From assembly GCA_020536535.1 (NCBI GenBank), contig JAHLWZ010000496.1:62001-126000 (forward strand): a stretch of DNA of 64,000 nt, read 5' to 3'. Positions 61,601-64,000 of the stretch are shown in pieces; within the stretch, counting starts at the first letter, position 1, and each line of letters starts with the position of its first letter. A program made the translations under genes and the position numbers. This stretch comes from Pelomyxa schiedti. Lineage: Eukaryota; Protista; Evosea. The notes under the pieces are model-generated. The model saw only the letters and a list, made by a program, of their open reading frames with translations. It had not been told where the DNA came from and did not search any database.

Positions 61601-64000
61601 GGTTCTTCTTGGTTATGATAATCAGTCGCATGTTCTGCTTGAATACTTCGAGTCTTGTACGGTGCAGTGTAAATTTATATCTACTCAAGTTTTGCAGTAT
61701 TTTCCTCTGTACCACTGTACCCCTGGGTGACATGGCTGCCACACCTCATACATTTATTCAGTGTATACCCAGCGAGTTCATCACTCAAAAACGTTCTGCA
61801 AAAATTCGTGGAATACTACCCGCAAACCTTGTTCTTTGCACTGCAATGTGGAGGCAGTCAGCAAGGGGAACTTTGTAGAAAAGAGGTTGCCTTGTAATAC
61901 TGTCCAATTCTGACTAATCCCAGATGGTCCACGCTTTAATGAGGGCTCAACCTGTGACAACTAGCAAGCAAAATGCAATTGTGCATGAAATATGCCATTC
62001 CTTGCAGCCAACTTCTCTTGAATCGGCACTTGTTAGAATGAAATCCATTTTTCTCCAGTGCTCTCGACAAGTATTGAAAGATAATGTCAACACATCTGTT
62101 CTGCAAGGCATTACTTCTCAACTGGAACAAATACGACTCTCTCTGGGAGACCACCCAGAGGTTACCCTGCCTCTTGAGAAATTTCAAACTGATCAATCCC
62201 AGGTTCTGAAGCGATTTAACTCTGATTTCTCTGAATCTTTGAACGAGCAGTCTTTGTTGCAAGTGACCATTTTGCCCCTTCCGAACAACTTGTTAAACTC
62301 ACTCCTTTAAGCTCATGCAAGTTCTCTCAAGGTGGCTTGACAGTGTGAACTTTAGCAGTACAACTCCTGGAAGTCCCAAGTCACAGGATTTATGCCAGCA
62401 TACTGATCACCTCCACAACAGCAGTCCCTTATTATGTACTATGCCACTACATGATATCGAAATTCCTGGCCAAATGCTTGAGGTCCACAAAAAAAAAGAA
62501 AAAAGGATACCTAACTATTCATGCAGGATAGTGGCATCGGATGGACTGTAATGATTGAACGTTTTTATCCTGAAGTACACATTTCAGCTTTTGAGGGTTT
62601 GAAAGAAACAGAGTAGTAAGGCACCAACACACATCAACAGGTAACTTTGTCCGTATGCTGGGATTTCTGGGATCCAATGGCAAAGTATATTGGGCGCAAG
62701 TGCAAGGCCCCAGTACATGCTACGGGATGCTCGGAGGGTCTTTTTCTGGTGATCCACAGTTGGATTTGTCACCCACAGTATATTACCAAGACTACATGGC
62801 GTGCCATTTGTACCGAAAATTAAACTTGCTTCTTCTCAAGAACAGGGTTGGGTTTTTCCATTTTTCTTCCCCCCGTTGTAATTGTTTCTAGCATACATGT
62901 AGAAGAAATGTTTTTTTGAATATTCCACTCATTGTTCCTGTATCATCCAGTGTACGACTGTTCTTTTGCCCACAAGATTCTGTTTCCTTGTGGCAGGTAA
63001 GAAAGTTTTCATAACGTATCAAGTATTGATACATGCCAGGTATATGTCAATTGGTGTCTTAGTTCTCCCCCACCTGAGGTTTCTATGGACGAGTCGGCTT
63101 TGACTCCATGGCCAACATATAAGCCATTTCTTGTGCATAGGGTTCTTTTTTACACCCTCCTCTAATTTTTTTAAGTTATCACAGAATGAGACAAAGCAAA
63201 ACCACTTTTCCCAATACAATGGACTCATCCCCTGTGACATTCTATCGAAGGTTTGAACTTTCTTTTATGCGTAGTTCTTACAAAAGCAGTACATGTCACA
63301 TTGTGCCACATCACTGGACCGTCTGTTCGAGATAAAACGTAAAATGATAAACGCTACAGCTGCCTCTGCTATCGTTGGATACACCTGTGGAATTCCACCC
63401 CCAACACCAGAAAGAATTATTCTTTCACAATCGTCTTGTCCTACCATGAACATGCTGCATTTTCCAGGTACAGTCAAATCATTTCTGTGTTTCATCTCGA
63501 CTACTTTTAACCTTGCCCAGCATACAATCAACAAGGTCTAGCCTGTGGTTGCTCTGGAATAACTCCCTCTTCTATAATGATGCGCCTTACACCCAGTATA
63601 CAATATTTATTCAACCCGCTAACGGGAATACCGGGGCCTCTTACAGCAGGAATGATCTCCGCCAGCATTGCCCTCTCGCAGTCGAAGGTTCGGAGGCGTA
63701 TCTCTTTTGCCCCTCTAACACTCAGATAGTACCACCTGAAATCATTCTTGGAAGTATTTCTGATGGATGACCCATCGTTCTGTACACAACCAACACATCC
63801 TGAACCCGCCCCAGTTGATAAAATGGACCAAGACAGCACCGAAACAACCGGCGACCACAAGCCCTCATCCTCTGACATGGATCAAGACAGCACTCACCCT
63901 TCCAAGGACAAACTCATTCAACAGAACCTTTCAACAACTTGCACTCGCCTCGACTTCCTCTATGCGCACCCCGGGCCGCCATCCTGTCCTCTAGATACAG
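49674..64000 (+). CDS. TRRAP: TRRAP/Tra1 PIKK-family pseudokinase (SAGA/NuA4 scaffold), very many exons, truncated by the window end before FATC
   Basis: EHKLRNTILEIIKRLP, EDNVIICLHIIIELHK, SVLQPHL, LFVELSLTIPVKPSAL, ILGKMGG, FAT-region WRDRLP..WED, IEIPGQ, RLTPSIQYLF..GPLTAGMI. Confidence 0.95.

Overview
Gene-dense eukaryotic genomic DNA. It holds about 22 protein-coding loci; most are split by many short (roughly 45-60 nt) GT-AG introns, so the ORF track shows only exon fragments. An intron-containing NifS of Campylobacterota (epsilon-proteobacterial) type points to Archamoebae (Pelomyxa/Mastigamoeba-like anaerobic amoeba); this assignment is an inference. Gene order: lineage-family ORF (+), VIT-vWA VWA5A-like (-), tandem GNAT (-), OCA2/ArsB-NhaD permease (+), DCAF12-like WD40 (-), NAC-alpha (+), receptor-like type-I membrane cyclic-nucleotide phosphodiesterase (-), frameshifted kinase remnant (-), SHOC1/Zip2-like meiotic XPF-family protein (+), ILEI-BTB (+), PH-HMA (-), SRA/YDG protein (+), second lineage-family ORF (-), alpha/beta hydrolase fusion (+), 5'-nucleotidase (-), a degenerate duplicated/inverted zone, myristoylated lectin-like repeat protein (-), NifS (+), secreted unknown (-), synapsin (-), animal-type transglutaminase with a 1-nt frameshift at the catalytic His (+), an adenylate kinase-RING-vWA-Vwaint-Hint(Vint) fusion (+), and TRRAP/Tra1 (+, runs off the window end). 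The strongest candidate for an undescribed system is the ADK-RING-vWA-Hint self-processing polyprotein, whose Hint Cys1 follows a Gly6 run. I found no rRNA, tRNA, CRISPR array or intact transposon. All family assignments come from motif recognition by eye; no database searches were run.
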